Sequence record: PZ386973.1
Source of the DNA: a phage
Reading direction: 5' to 3' (one strand)
DNA length: 64,000 nucleotides
A model generated the notes under the pieces. That model was not told the origin of the DNA. It saw nothing but the letters and a program-made list of their open reading frames with translations, and did not search any database. The first letter of the stretch is position 1. Each line of letters begins with the position of its first letter. This document shows, in pieces, positions 35,222 through 45,183 of this stretch. Position numbers and translations under genes: made by a program.

Positions 35222-35471
35222 GGATGTTCTAACATTCCTACGTAGTGAGAATACCCAGTTTTGGCATGACTATATTCAGGAAAATAAAAATAATCCAGAT
35301 GTAGTTGCTTTTGCCAAAAAACGTATTGGTGAATATAAAGATCCAGAGATTAAAGATGGGATGATTACCATGCAATTATGGATAGCTATGAAAACCTTTG
35401 GACCCACTATGAGTCTAGGATTTACTCCACTGTTTACTAATATTCTAGTTAATGAAAAGGATCTGAAATGA
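35175..35471 (+). CDS. hypothetical protein
   Basis: Track ORF. Confidence 0.4.
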   Translation: MKRLNINSTVQIPATKDVLTFLRSENTQFWHDYIQENKNNPDVVAFAKKRIGEYKDPEIKDGMITMQLWIAMKTFGPTMSLGFTPLFTNILVNEKDLK

Positions 35472-35752
35472 TTATCTCTCCATTTGCTCTTTGGTTCGTC
35501 ATTGGATCTGTGGTTGCTATTTACAGCTTGATTGATGATCTGTATATTTCTAAGAATAAAGATGTAATATTATACGTTATACATAAAACTCGACCGTTAG
35601 ATCTGCCACCTCTTGATGATAAAACATTACTCAGATGTGCTAGATCTATGATATTTATTGTGGATATTCTTCTAGGCCCAACATCTGTGTTTTTCTTTTA
35701 TAGAAAAACTCGTAATATGAAAAAATTTAAAGCTGAAATGCAGAATACCTAA
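35468..35752 (+). CDS. hypothetical membrane protein
   Basis: Track ORF with hydrophobic N-terminus. Confidence 0.45.
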   Translation: MIISPFALWFVIGSVVAIYSLIDDLYISKNKDVILYVIHKTRPLDLPPLDDKTLLRCARSMIFIVDILLGPTSVFFFYRKTRNMKKFKAEMQNT

Positions 35753-35862
35753 AGAACTCGCGTAGGACCGAGTTGCGTCACCTGCAACTGTTACGGATAA
35801 GGGAGTCGTGCCCCTTAGTGCGGTAAGTGGTGAGGTGGCTGCTAGCCCTAACTGGAGATAAT

Positions 35863-36207
35863 ATGACTATATTACTAATTCTTGTTACAACTTGGTTTTT
35901 AATTGGTGCTGGATATGCGATAGCTATTATTAGACATTTGGACGAATACTCTGCTGAATGGTTTGTTAAGTATCTACGTATTGATGATCAAGAGCAGAAG
36001 TTTAAAGATGAAAAGCAGAAAAAAGCAGTAAATAATATGACAGCCAAAGAATGCTTGTTCTACATGCGTATTGTAGGGTTCTTTGGACTATTAGTTGCTG
36101 GCCCAATTGGTTCTACCATTGCCCCATATAAAGAAACAGTTGCTGACATCAAATTGTGGAGAAATGCAGGGGTACTACGCAAAGCTAGAGAAACTAATAT
36201 TACATAA
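35863..36207 (+). CDS. hypothetical membrane protein
   Basis: ATG 35863 after GGAGA; two predicted TM helices. Confidence 0.45.
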   Translation: MTILLILVTTWFLIGAGYAIAIIRHLDEYSAEWFVKYLRIDDQEQKFKDEKQKKAVNNMTAKECLFYMRIVGFFGLLVAGPIGSTIAPYKETVADIKLWRNAGVLRKARETNIT

Positions 36208-36250
36208 GATTGATGCTAAATCAACTTACTAGCAAAAGCAAATAATGACA

Positions 36251-36288
36251 AAGCCCAGCCTGCACTTTTGCGACTGGGCTATTTTTAT
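36251..36288 (+). terminator. rho-independent terminator
   Basis: AGCCCAG...CTGGGCT stem followed by ATTTTT. Confidence 0.55.
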
Positions 36289-36301
36289 AATAAAATTTTA
36301 G

Positions 36302-36330
36302 TTGCTTAGATGCCCAAACTTTTGTATAAT
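36302..36330 (+). promoter_or_regulatory. early promoter module
   Basis: TTGCTT-N17-TATAAT. Confidence 0.55.
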
Positions 36331-36361
36331 ATGTTTATAGATTGAGGCAAGAGGATTAAAT

Positions 36362-37060
36362 ATGAGGATTATTTCTAAGTTCGCCGATGTGTATGATTTG
36401 CAGAACAGTTTGTTCGACCCAGATCGTGTGTGGGAACGTAAAACTGAGGAGTTGCTGGTTAAAGTAACCGATGACGCAGAAAAGAACATTGTGCATACTC
36501 GCCAGGTATTTCGTGATGGTTCGCTATCTTTCCGTGGTGATTTCGAATATTTTGTAAACCCACTATTTGTTGCAGGTGAGGTTTACTGGTTACACGAGCT
36601 GTACTGCTGGCATCCAGCATTTAGCTTCAAAACGTTTAATCTCGACACTATGTTTGATAAAATGGAAGAGATGGGATTACATGCTCGCTCTTACTTAATG
36701 GATAAGAGTCGCGGAGATGTTCGTGAAACAATGCGTGATTTGCTCGCTGAAGCAAAACCTAAAGCAGAACGTATCTTATCCGAACTGCGTGTACCGATTG
36801 CATATGTGAAAGGTATTAAAAAGAACGATAACGATGATGTTCGTAACTTCGTAATTCAGACTAACATTCGTTTCCATCAGTCCGGTATTCCGTGGCAGGA
36901 AATTGAAAGTAACTTATACCGTTTACACCAAGTTCTCGAACAGTATATCTTCGGTGTACTAGGAACTGGTGAGCCTGATATGATTAAAGTATCAGATAAA
37001 GACAGGTTAGCAGCGCATGGATTTGATACAAAAACTTCTTTCAGGAATATGGCACGGTAA
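36362..37060 (+). CDS. hypothetical protein
   Basis: Track ORF. Confidence 0.5.
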   Translation: MRIISKFADVYDLQNSLFDPDRVWERKTEELLVKVTDDAEKNIVHTRQVFRDGSLSFRGDFEYFVNPLFVAGEVYWLHELYCWHPAFSFKTFNLDTMFDKMEEMGLHARSYLMDKSRGDVRETMRDLLAEAKPKAERILSELRVPIAYVKGIKKNDNDDVRNFVIQTNIRFHQSGIPWQEIESNLYRLHQVLEQYIFGVLGTGEPDMIKVSDKDRLAAHGFDTKTSFRNMAR

Positions 37061-37466
37061 GTGGTATATCCTGGGAGCAGGTCTAGCGATAGGCATCGGA
37101 TTCGGTGCTTATCACTTAGTAGATAAAGTGGAGACTTTAGCCGGAGATCTTGCGGTAGCTACTAAAAAGATCTCTTCTCTAGAAACTTCCCTTAATAAGG
37201 TGAAAGCTGAGAGCGAACTTCGTGAGACTAGAATGAATCAGTATTTCACAATGAATAATATTTCGCAAGCAGATCTAGACAAAAAGATTAAGCAGTTAGA
37301 TAAAGCGCTTAGTCGCCAAGATATTATAGCTGCAAAGCCTGGATTGGTAACATTAATTGCTAAAAAGCAGAGTAAAGAGTTCGAGGAAAGATTAGCGTGT
37401 TTAACTGGAAACTTGGAATACTGCTCGCAGCCGCAATCACAATCACAGGCTGTGCAGAAGAAATAA
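37017..37466 (+). CDS. hypothetical membrane-anchored coiled-coil protein
   Basis: Track ORF; start uncertain. Confidence 0.4.
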   Translation: MDLIQKLLSGIWHGKWYILGAGLAIGIGFGAYHLVDKVETLAGDLAVATKKISSLETSLNKVKAESELRETRMNQYFTMNNISQADLDKKIKQLDKALSRQDIIAAKPGLVTLIAKKQSKEFEERLACLTGNLEYCSQPQSQSQAVQKK

Positions 37467-37750
37467 AACCAGAGCCATCTCATGAGTTAAAGCAAGCTCA
37501 TGTAGACTGGCCTAAAGGACTTCAACCTTGTAGCTTTAACTTTAGGTTTGAAAAGAAATTAGCTACAAATGGAGAAGATGGCGTAGTAGTTGTTATACCA
37601 TACAAAGATTGGAATGCAAAAGCAAAATGTGAGGAAGCAGTTTACTCTTACATTTCACGACTGACTGGTATGGTCTGCTTCTATCGTCAAGATTTACAAG
37701 AAAAACGTTGCTTAGTTTACTATCCACCCATTACAAATAGGAAAGATTAA
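37397..37750 (+). CDS. putative lipoprotein
   Basis: Lipobox-like LAAAITITGC near the N-terminus. Confidence 0.45.
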   Translation: MFNWKLGILLAAAITITGCAEEIKPEPSHELKQAHVDWPKGLQPCSFNFRFEKKLATNGEDGVVVVIPYKDWNAKAKCEEAVYSYISRLTGMVCFYRQDLQEKRCLVYYPPITNRKD

Positions 37751-38502
37751 TGTCAGTATTAGTCGGTTTACATGGTGAAGCTGGTTCGGGAAAAGATACC
37801 GTTGCAAAATTAATTATCGATTGGTGTAGTGACACGTATCCAACGTGTTTATCCCGTCGTTACAGTTTTGCTAAGCCCGTTTATGAACTTGCATCCGTAA
37901 TCCTCGGTGTAACTCCAGAGTTTCTAGGAGAGCGCAGGGGAAAAGAGATTGATCAATGGTTTACGGTCACACAATCTCAATTGGAGCGAGCCAGAGATGT
38001 GTGGTTTAAGTACGGTATCGATAAGTTTGAAGACTTCTCGTACGTTTGGCCTATTTTTGAGGAAAAATATCTTAATCCTCAACAACTTATCTCAGAGAGT
38101 AAAGAAGACGGACTTTATAGTTTATTTATTTCTCCGAGAAAAATGTTACAGCTCGTAGGAACAGAGCTAGGAAGGCAGCTGGTGCATGAACGCATTTGGC
38201 TCATAATTCTGGAGCAATCCATCGCTAAAGACGACCCAGACGTCGCCATAATAACAGATGTTAGATTCCCCAATGAAGGAGAGCTACTCAGAGAAACAAA
38301 CCATTTAGATATGGATTCTTTGATAGTAAATGTAGTACCCGCTGAGCAGAAGTTCACTATTAAATCAGATCATCCATCTGAAAGTGGTATTCCTGCAAAA
38401 TATATTACTCACGAATTAGTTAATAAATTCGATGGTATCAATAACCTTAAACTAGAAGTTTATAACTTCTGTGACTTAGAGCTAGAACCACTAGTTGGAT
38501 AA
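37750..38502 (+). CDS. deoxynucleoside monophosphate kinase-like P-loop kinase
   Basis: N-terminal GLHGEAGSGKDT P-loop; about 250 aa. Confidence 0.6.
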   Translation: MSVLVGLHGEAGSGKDTVAKLIIDWCSDTYPTCLSRRYSFAKPVYELASVILGVTPEFLGERRGKEIDQWFTVTQSQLERARDVWFKYGIDKFEDFSYVWPIFEEKYLNPQQLISESKEDGLYSLFISPRKMLQLVGTELGRQLVHERIWLIILEQSIAKDDPDVAIITDVRFPNEGELLRETNHLDMDSLIVNVVPAEQKFTIKSDHPSESGIPAKYITHELVNKFDGINNLKLEVYNFCDLELEPLVG

Positions 38503-38514
38503 TCAAGGATCGCT

Positions 38515-39114
38515 ATGACTAATAAAAAAGAAGAAAAGACTAACCTGTTTCACTCCATTCGCCAATCTAACGAGTATACCTTTTTCTTTGATGAAGAGTT
38601 AGGCCCGCCGGATGAATACCGTGATTTATCAATGGTACTTATGCAGGCACATGAGGACGACGAAATTAATCTGATGATTAATGGCCCGGGTGGTTATGTT
38701 GATACTGCTGCACAGTTATCTAACTTAATTGCTAATTGCCGTGGAACAGTTATAGGACACCTGATTGGTCCTAGTGCTTCTGCTTACTGCACAATTTTCC
38801 TATCCTGTCATGGATGGGTAGTACATCCACATGCTACGCTAATGGGACACACGTTCTCTGGCGGATTCTGTGAGAAGGGTCAAGAAATCAAGAAAGCCTA
38901 TGAATCTTACAACAAGTTCGTAGAAGATATGATGCTAGATGTCTACTATCCGTTCTTCTCAATAGACGAAATCGACGAGATGGTAAAAGACAACAAAAAT
39001 ATCTATCTAGATAGCAAAGAAATCCATAAGCGTATTGAAATCTTGGCAAAATATCGATCTGAGCAATATAATAAAGCCCAGTTACCTCAATCAGAGGAGC
39101 ATAACGAAGAGTAA
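38515..39114 (+). CDS. ClpP/S49-like serine peptidase-like protein
   Basis: INGPGG and GPSASAY motifs. Confidence 0.45.
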   Translation: MTNKKEEKTNLFHSIRQSNEYTFFFDEELGPPDEYRDLSMVLMQAHEDDEINLMINGPGGYVDTAAQLSNLIANCRGTVIGHLIGPSASAYCTIFLSCHGWVVHPHATLMGHTFSGGFCEKGQEIKKAYESYNKFVEDMMLDVYYPFFSIDEIDEMVKDNKNIYLDSKEIHKRIEILAKYRSEQYNKAQLPQSEEHNEE

Positions 39115-39123
39115 GTAATTTTA

Positions 39124-39156
39124 AGCCAGGGTTTAACGACCCTGGCTTTTCTTTTA
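39124..39156 (+). terminator. rho-independent terminator
   Basis: GCCAGGGT...ACCCTGGC stem followed by TTTTCTTTT. Confidence 0.6.
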
Positions 39157-39217
39157 TCTAAAATTCTTCTTGACAACGACAAAATTTTATGCTCCAGAAG
39201 TGATCTTTAAAAACACA

Positions 39218-39246
39218 TTGTAATTTTCCTCCAAAATTAGTATAAT
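39218..39246 (+). promoter_or_regulatory. sigma70-type promoter (TTGTAA-N17-TATAAT)
   Basis: Upstream of the holin and endolysin pair; an additional TTGACA lies at 39170. Confidence 0.45.
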
Positions 39247-39270
39247 GGTACTGGTTAGAGGAGGTTACAA

Positions 39271-39927
39271 TTGGAAAAGTTCTTACAATTATTAACGGTA
39301 CTGCTCCAAGAAGCGAAAGATCCAGCATCGCTTCTTAAACGTCTGCTAACTATCTTAGTTGCTGTCATTATTTTCTTATTTGTTAGTAATACTAGCGAGG
39401 TGATGTCATTCTTAAAGACTTTCTCCACGTCTGCGGTTCTACAGGATGTTCAAACTCAAAGGATAGATAACTTTCCTAATGTAGCTAGAGAAAAGAGCAT
39501 GGTACTTTTTTCTCAAACGGGTGCGGATGCTGTTTTTGTCGTCAAGTATAAACCAGATGCTATTAATGATTATTCTAACATTATTGCATGGGAAAGCAAT
39601 GCGCAATTAGATAGGGCTGACTTGGCCGATAAAGCGGTAAATAAAACGTCTGAGCTATATAGACGTCACTTGGAGGGCTTTAACTACGCATCGGATTTAA
39701 GTGTAAAAGTAAATAAATACATGGGGTTAAATATACCTGCGTTTAAGAACGTTACTTTTAATTACATATACACTTGTCCGTATTTCAATCTAAACAATAT
39801 CTATGCTGGATATATTGGTATTGCTTGGAAAGATAACCCTGTAGATGCAGCCGATTCTGAGAAATTTAAGGAATATTTAACAAAGCTCTGTTCACCACAA
39901 CAGAGATCTTTAGGTAGATCAATATGA
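39271..39927 (+). CDS. holin-like membrane protein
   Basis: TTG start after GAGGAGG; 218 aa with a TM segment; directly precedes the endolysin. Confidence 0.55.
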   Translation: MEKFLQLLTVLLQEAKDPASLLKRLLTILVAVIIFLFVSNTSEVMSFLKTFSTSAVLQDVQTQRIDNFPNVAREKSMVLFSQTGADAVFVVKYKPDAINDYSNIIAWESNAQLDRADLADKAVNKTSELYRRHLEGFNYASDLSVKVNKYMGLNIPAFKNVTFNYIYTCPYFNLNNIYAGYIGIAWKDNPVDAADSEKFKEYLTKLCSPQQRSLGRSI

Positions 39928-40337
39928 GTTTTAAATTTGGTAAAAATAGCGAAAAACAATTAGCTACCGTTAAGCCAGAGCTACAAAAAGTAGCTCGTAG
40001 AGCTTTAGAATTATCTCCATATGATTTCACGATCGTACAGGGTATTCGTACAGTAGCACAAAGTGCCCAGAATATTGCTAATGGTACTTCATTTTTAAAA
40101 GATCCTAGTAAAAGCAAGCATATTACTGGGGATGCCCTTGATTTTGCTCCATACATTAATGGCAAAATTGATTGGAATGATTTAGAAGCATTTTGGGCAG
40201 TTAAAAAGGCTTTTGAACAAGCTGGTAAAGAACTGGGCATTAAACTTCGCTTTGGTGCTGATTGGAATGCTTCGGGGGATTATCACGATGAAATAAAACG
40301 TGGTACCTATGATGGCGGTCATGTCGAACTAGTTTAA
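39924..40337 (+). CDS. endolysin (L-alanyl-D-glutamate peptidase-like)
   Basis: 137 aa; size and position match the T5-type endolysin as recalled; HITGDALD and GGHVE suggest metallopeptidase ligands. Confidence 0.6.
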   Translation: MSFKFGKNSEKQLATVKPELQKVARRALELSPYDFTIVQGIRTVAQSAQNIANGTSFLKDPSKSKHITGDALDFAPYINGKIDWNDLEAFWAVKKAFEQAGKELGIKLRFGADWNASGDYHDEIKRGTYDGGHVELV

Positions 40338-40348
40338 TTAATAACTTA

Positions 40349-40371
40349 GGCGGGAATATTCCCGCCTTTTT
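40349..40371 (+). terminator. rho-independent terminator
   Basis: GGCGGGAATATTCCCGCC followed by TTTTT. Confidence 0.65.
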
Positions 40372-40414
40372 AGGCAAAGGGGGCTTTAATAATTTTTGAA
40401 GATAGGAGAAAGCC

Positions 40415-40831
40415 ATGTTTGCAGAACTATTCACTATGATGCTGCTAGGTATCTGGAAAATAAGTCTAGTAGTATTCATTTTAATGATAGTCTTTACTAT
40501 CATTGCATTAACTACCCGAAATAGCTTATTAATAAAGGTTATTCACGGACTAGAGTATATAATTATGGGTTCATTCGGCGTTTGTAAATGCAATTGCCAT
40601 AGAGATACGAAATATTGTTGGTTATGGATGGAACTAGAGAATCCTATATCCATAGCTTTGGCTGTTTCATTCGGCATGATTCTTATGGCCCTTACTCTAG
40701 CATTAATACCTTTGATGTTAGCTGGGGGAGTTACAGCGTATTTCACCCTTTTCTCCCCGATACTTATGTACTCAATTTACCCAATAACTATGTATCTAGT
40801 TAGGAAAAGATTTATACATGCAGTAGATTAA
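40415..40831 (+). CDS. polytopic membrane protein
   Basis: Track ORF; several hydrophobic helices. Confidence 0.45.
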   Translation: MFAELFTMMLLGIWKISLVVFILMIVFTIIALTTRNSLLIKVIHGLEYIIMGSFGVCKCNCHRDTKYCWLWMELENPISIALAVSFGMILMALTLALIPLMLAGGVTAYFTLFSPILMYSIYPITMYLVRKRFIHAVD

Positions 40832-40844
40832 GATAAAAAAGTAG

Positions 40845-40873
40845 TTGACTTTTAGCCCTAGTTATTATATAAT
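40845..40873 (+). promoter_or_regulatory. early promoter module (TTGACT-N17-TATAAT)
   Basis: Followed by CATAAATTAGTTAAGAGAGG. Confidence 0.5.
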
Positions 40874-40906
40874 ATATACATAAATTAGTTAAGAGAGGTA
40901 TATATT

Positions 40907-41338
40907 ATGTCTGATCGTTTCTATACTCAAATGGCGGAACATTTTCGTATACCACATTACGAGCTAAACATTGCACTCCGTGATCATGACTCTCCTGAGT
41001 ACAAAAAGCTCGAAAAGAAAGCGGAAAAATCTATTGATACAAAGGTAGGTGCATCTATGTCTAAGGGCAAAAAGTTAACTCGTCTTGATCTTAATAAAAT
41101 TTTAACTGAACTTTTGGGTACTGATATTGAAGGTGCTAAATTACCGCTTCTTGTACTAGAGACTATGATTAAAAAGGTCAAAAATAAAGAATATAAGAAA
41201 GTAGAAGTCCCAGAAGGCAGATTAAAGGCTCCTTATCAGGAAGCATTAACCGAGTGTTTGGGTGTAAATCTTGATCTGAGCACCGCAACCGTAAAAACTA
41301 TGAAAAACTTCTTAGAGGCCATTAATAACTATGAGTAA
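40907..41338 (+). CDS. hypothetical protein
   Basis: Track ORF. Confidence 0.45.
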   Translation: MSDRFYTQMAEHFRIPHYELNIALRDHDSPEYKKLEKKAEKSIDTKVGASMSKGKKLTRLDLNKILTELLGTDIEGAKLPLLVLETMIKKVKNKEYKKVEVPEGRLKAPYQEALTECLGVNLDLSTATVKTMKNFLEAINNYE

Positions 41339-41621
41339 ACTAGTATATCTATTGAAAGGTTCCACTTGCAACCCTTGCAAAATGTTTGAGCCAGTATTTG
41401 ATAAAGTAGTCAGTGACTATAATTTGGAAATCCATAAAGAGACTGATAATACAGAATTAATGCAGAAATTTGGTGTACGCCAAGTTCCTGTAGTAGTTCT
41501 GGCGGATCGCTTACCTAATGGTCGAGTAGAAGCTAATCATATTCTGATTGGACGTCAGCTTCGTAAAGAAACTATGCACGAAGCTATTAAAAATTTCCTG
41601 GATGATAATCCAGAGGATTAA
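41331..41621 (+). CDS. thioredoxin/glutaredoxin-like protein
   Basis: CNPC redox motif near the N-terminus; about 96 aa. Confidence 0.5.
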   Translation: MSKLVYLLKGSTCNPCKMFEPVFDKVVSDYNLEIHKETDNTELMQKFGVRQVPVVVLADRLPNGRVEANHILIGRQLRKETMHEAIKNFLDDNPED

Positions 41622-41627
41622 TAAACC

Positions 41628-41660
41628 AAGCCTGATCTTAGCTGATCAGGCTTTTATTTT
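41628..41660 (+). terminator. rho-independent terminator
   Basis: AAGCCTGATC...GATCAGGCTT stem followed by a T-run. Confidence 0.6.
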
Positions 41661-41662
41661 AC

Positions 41663-41691
41663 TTGCTTTTTGCTAAAAATTTTGGTATAAT
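41663..41691 (+). promoter_or_regulatory. early promoter module
   Basis: TTGCTT-N17-TATAAT. Confidence 0.55.
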
Positions 41692-41718
41692 ATTTATATA
41701 AATTGATTGGAGGATTAA

Positions 41719-41964
41719 ATGTTAGCGGAACAAGCAAAACGTTTAGCTAGGATAAATAGAGCTGCTCTTCTCAAGAGCAGAAAGAAGCCGTATAGATACG
41801 TTAAAAGGCGGATTCTAGCTTCTGTAGAGGCTGGGGGTTCTTTTATACAATTTAATCGTGATGAAATTAGTTATGAAGCTATAAAAGCTCTTAATAAAGA
41901 GGGTTATACTCTAAAACTATCAAATAATTATGGTACAACTATTTTAAATGTTATTTGGGAATAA
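41719..41964 (+). CDS. hypothetical protein
   Basis: Track ORF. Confidence 0.4.
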   Translation: MLAEQAKRLARINRAALLKSRKKPYRYVKRRILASVEAGGSFIQFNRDEISYEAIKALNKEGYTLKLSNNYGTTILNVIWE

Positions 41965-41966
41965 TT

Positions 41967-42830
41967 ATGAAAAAAGAATTTAATGTACATAAAACACTAG
42001 TAGTACCTGATGATGTTAACCTATTCTTTGTTGGTGATATTCATGGATGCAACGATTTACTAGAAGATGCACTACAATTAGCTGCTTATAACGGCAAGAA
42101 AGATTGTGTTGTATGTGTGGGGGACTTAATTGACCGAGGCACACAAAACTTACAAGTTTTAGCCAAATTCTTATATAACCCACGCTTTATCAGTGTCCGT
42201 GGAAACCATGACCAGTTTATGATTGTAGGGGATTGGGCTAACTGGATGTATAACGGTGGTATGTGGGCTATGAATGAGCTAGATTCTGATACCATTACTA
42301 ATATAGCTAAGGATATGGCTGAAAAACTTCCAGTATTCCTGACCGTACTACATCGTGGTAAGAAATATGGTGTTGTTCATGGTGGTGTACCTTTTACATA
42401 CAAAGAATGTGGTAATGAAGTAGAAACCCCAGTATGGGATAATCTTATTGCACAAGTAGAAGCAGCCAAGGAAGACCCACGTGACCATCCTGGATACCAT
42501 ATTGAACCTTATTTATGGGATCGAGATGTAATCCAAGAAATAGGCTTCTACTTATCCAAAAATGGCGAGGAACATCCGTATTTCCAGCGTTATGCAGGAT
42601 TTAAGGAAAAATATATGGTAGAAGTGCCAGAAGTTAAAGGGGTAGATTATGTGTTTCATGGGCATACTGGAGTACCTTACCCGATTTTATACCAGAACCG
42701 TGTTTATCTTGATACTGGCGGTGTTTTCAACGGGCAGTTGACGGTTGCGCAAGTTAATGATGAAACTGGCAAAATCACCACATTTACCACGCTTCGAGAA
42801 GATAGCTGTGGTGTACAGAGGATTCTTTAA
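41967..42830 (+). CDS. Ser/Thr protein phosphatase (PPP-family metallophosphatase)
   Basis: GDIHG, GDLIDRG and GNHD motifs. Confidence 0.8.
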   Translation: MKKEFNVHKTLVVPDDVNLFFVGDIHGCNDLLEDALQLAAYNGKKDCVVCVGDLIDRGTQNLQVLAKFLYNPRFISVRGNHDQFMIVGDWANWMYNGGMWAMNELDSDTITNIAKDMAEKLPVFLTVLHRGKKYGVVHGGVPFTYKECGNEVETPVWDNLIAQVEAAKEDPRDHPGYHIEPYLWDRDVIQEIGFYLSKNGEEHPYFQRYAGFKEKYMVEVPEVKGVDYVFHGHTGVPYPILYQNRVYLDTGGVFNGQLTVAQVNDETGKITTFTTLREDSCGVQRIL

Positions 42831-43117
42831 TGAATGATAGAATGAAAGAAGTACAAGAAGAATTACGAGCAATGCGTATTGATGCCCTTCGTTGGAGGGC
42901 ATTAGTTAATGCTTTCGTCAAAGGAGATACCGGAGTAATATATTCTGGAATAGCAGTCAATTTTTGTTTTAATTCTCCTGCTGAAATAGAGATAGAAACA
43001 AGGCTTACTACCTACCTTAGTGAGGTAGACCTTAAGGAAGGAGAGACTTCCGAGGAGTTTAAAACTAGAGTATTAACTACCTGGGTTGATAATTTAATAC
43101 AAAAAAGGAGTAAGTGA
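42830..43117 (+). CDS. hypothetical protein
   Basis: Track ORF. Confidence 0.45.
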   Translation: MNDRMKEVQEELRAMRIDALRWRALVNAFVKGDTGVIYSGIAVNFCFNSPAEIEIETRLTTYLSEVDLKEGETSEEFKTRVLTTWVDNLIQKRSK

Positions 43118-43707
43118 TGAAGGTTAAATTCTGGTCAGACTTGCACTTAGACCACCCTGGAGCACTACGTTTCCGTCCGTGGTTTAAGAACATGAAAGAG
43201 CACGATGAGTATATTCTAGATACTTTATCCAAGCATATTGGTAAACGAACAAAACTTATTTTGCTAGGAGATATTGCAGTAGGTCGTGAAGGTCTGGCCA
43301 AATTAAAGTCGGTTATCCACAATGTCCCTAATCAACTCATTATGGGTAATCATGATGCGGAGCGTCAAGGACTGAGTATCAGGGACTTAGCGGAAGTTTA
43401 TGACGATATTCAAGCTCTAGGCAAACAGACTGGAGGTGGCAAAAAGTTTTGGCTATCTCACTGCCCTTTGCACCCTAATGAACTTCGTGGCAAACTAAAT
43501 ATTCACGGACATGTACATACTACTTCTTTACGTGATCCACGTTATATTAATGTCTCATTTGAAATGAGTAGAACTCCAATTCCACTAGAGGATATTGTGT
43601 CTGGTAAGTTTACTAGTTACGATAGAGTGGTTAATTGTACTACCGGCGAGGTATTACAAATAGGAGAAGACGTAGCTGCTGTATTGCGTGGCGATATAAA
43701 TGTCTAA
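43114..43707 (+). CDS. calcineurin-like metallophosphoesterase
   Basis: SDLHLDHP, LLGDIAVG, GNHD and HGHVH motifs. Confidence 0.6.
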   Translation: MMKVKFWSDLHLDHPGALRFRPWFKNMKEHDEYILDTLSKHIGKRTKLILLGDIAVGREGLAKLKSVIHNVPNQLIMGNHDAERQGLSIRDLAEVYDDIQALGKQTGGGKKFWLSHCPLHPNELRGKLNIHGHVHTTSLRDPRYINVSFEMSRTPIPLEDIVSGKFTSYDRVVNCTTGEVLQIGEDVAAVLRGDINV

Positions 43708-43815
43708 GTATATAGCTGAGGTTATTATTAAACGAATCATACAGGCGATAGCAATACTTATAATCATTTGTATTGCTATTGGCACAGGATTAGGCATTTT
43801 AATTGAAAGTTTTAT

Positions 43816-43844
43816 TTGCTAAAATGCTTAAGTTTCTGTATAAT
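43816..43844 (+). promoter_or_regulatory. early promoter module
   Basis: TTGCTA-N17-TATAAT. Confidence 0.55.
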
Positions 43845-43874
43845 TACTTTATAAATTGATGAGAAGGAATCAAA

Positions 43875-44306
43875 ATGAACAAAGTTGATAAAGCTCTAGT
43901 TTTCGCAGCAGCAGATAAGTTTGAACAAGTTAAGGCAACTTTCCAAACCTTGTTCCAGTCTTACGTTCAAGATAAGTCTAATCCTATTTCTGAACGCTTA
44001 ATGGTTTGGGAATGTCATGCTTGCAATGCCCTGCTAATTGCGGATTATCGTAGTGATATAGATAAAGATCTCTGTGAAATCCTCATCCCTGAGGAAGCAG
44101 AACGTTATCAGCTAATCTCTTTTCAAGATTTGGCAGAGCATATTATTCCTGATGATCTTTGGGACAAGTATTACGGAGACCCTGAGGATGAGGGGATGAC
44201 TCCAGAAGCATGTATTGAGTTAATCTGTAAGGATCATCCTGAAATTGCAGAAAAATTTGAAAAAGTTTTTGCTTCTGAGTTCTCTGGTGTTGTTAACGAT
44301 TGGTAA
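43875..44306 (+). CDS. hypothetical acidic protein
   Basis: Track ORF. Confidence 0.45.
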   Translation: MNKVDKALVFAAADKFEQVKATFQTLFQSYVQDKSNPISERLMVWECHACNALLIADYRSDIDKDLCEILIPEEAERYQLISFQDLAEHIIPDDLWDKYYGDPEDEGMTPEACIELICKDHPEIAEKFEKVFASEFSGVVNDW

Positions 44307-44324
44307 GTAATTAAAAAAATTCAG

Positions 44325-44353
44325 TTGCTTTAAGCCTTAAAATTCTGTATAAT
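44325..44353 (+). promoter_or_regulatory. early promoter module
   Basis: TTGCTT-N17-TATAAT. Confidence 0.55.
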
Positions 44354-44385
44354 AAGTTCATAAATTAATGAGAGAGGAAATTCTA

Positions 44386-44637
44386 ATGGAAAACATGACT
44401 AAAAATGAAATGGCTAACGTTCTGGCAATTCTCCTCGACATGCAGGGTTTTGAGGGTCAGCTCATGAAGATGTCTATTCCGGCAATGAAAAAGATGTATG
44501 ATTCTCTGAATAAGAATGCTATGGCATTCAACCTTGCAAAACAGGAAGCACGTTTTGCTAAAGAGCATCAAGCGACTGCCGAGCGTCGTGCAGCATCTTT
44601 TGAGCGTGAAGTTAAGCAACTGAAAGGTAAGAAATAA
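44386..44637 (+). CDS. hypothetical protein
   Basis: ATG 44386 after GAGAGAGG; the track ATG 44368 lies inside the promoter module. Confidence 0.45.
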   Translation: MENMTKNEMANVLAILLDMQGFEGQLMKMSIPAMKKMYDSLNKNAMAFNLAKQEARFAKEHQATAERRAASFEREVKQLKGKK

Positions 44638-44659
44638 GGACTAAGGGAGTATATAATTA

Positions 44660-44941
44660 ATGTTAATTGAAATTCTCATTGGGTTGCTAGTGCTTATGAC
44701 ACTAGTAGCGATTGGTGGGGTTATTGGTATTGTAAGCATGCGAAAAAATATAGAGAGTATGCTTACTACTAATAGTGGACTTCACTGCCGATTAATAGAA
44801 CAAGAACAAGATATTGAACTAGCACAGAGACGCTCAGATATTCTAAAAGAAAAACTAAACAATATTGAAGCAATAGTTGGGAATAATAAATTACCTGCTA
44901 AAGTAATGCGTACACAGATAATCACGGAGATTAAAAAATGA
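44660..44941 (+). CDS. membrane protein
   Basis: Track ORF with N-terminal TM helix. Confidence 0.45.
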   Translation: MLIEILIGLLVLMTLVAIGGVIGIVSMRKNIESMLTTNSGLHCRLIEQEQDIELAQRRSDILKEKLNNIEAIVGNNKLPAKVMRTQIITEIKK

Positions 44942-45183
44942 TGATGTTTATTCTAGCGTTTTATCTAATTGTGGTTGGTGTACTGGTTACTAAGTATCAC
45001 ACATGGGCACCAAAGAATGTAGGTAAGGTAGCACTGTTTGTTATCCCAGTTCCGCTTATTATCTTTTCTATGTTACTGGTGATGTTAATTGGTAAAGTAA
45101 CAAAAACTGATATTAAACGTATTGCTGATGAATTGCAACAGTCTTGTGATATGGTAGAGGATATTATTAAAGATGAAGCTTAA
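44938..45183 (+). CDS. membrane protein
   Basis: Track ORF with two TM helices. Confidence 0.45.
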   Translation: MMMFILAFYLIVVGVLVTKYHTWAPKNVGKVALFVIPVPLIIFSMLLVMLIGKVTKTDIKRIADELQQSCDMVEDIIKDEA

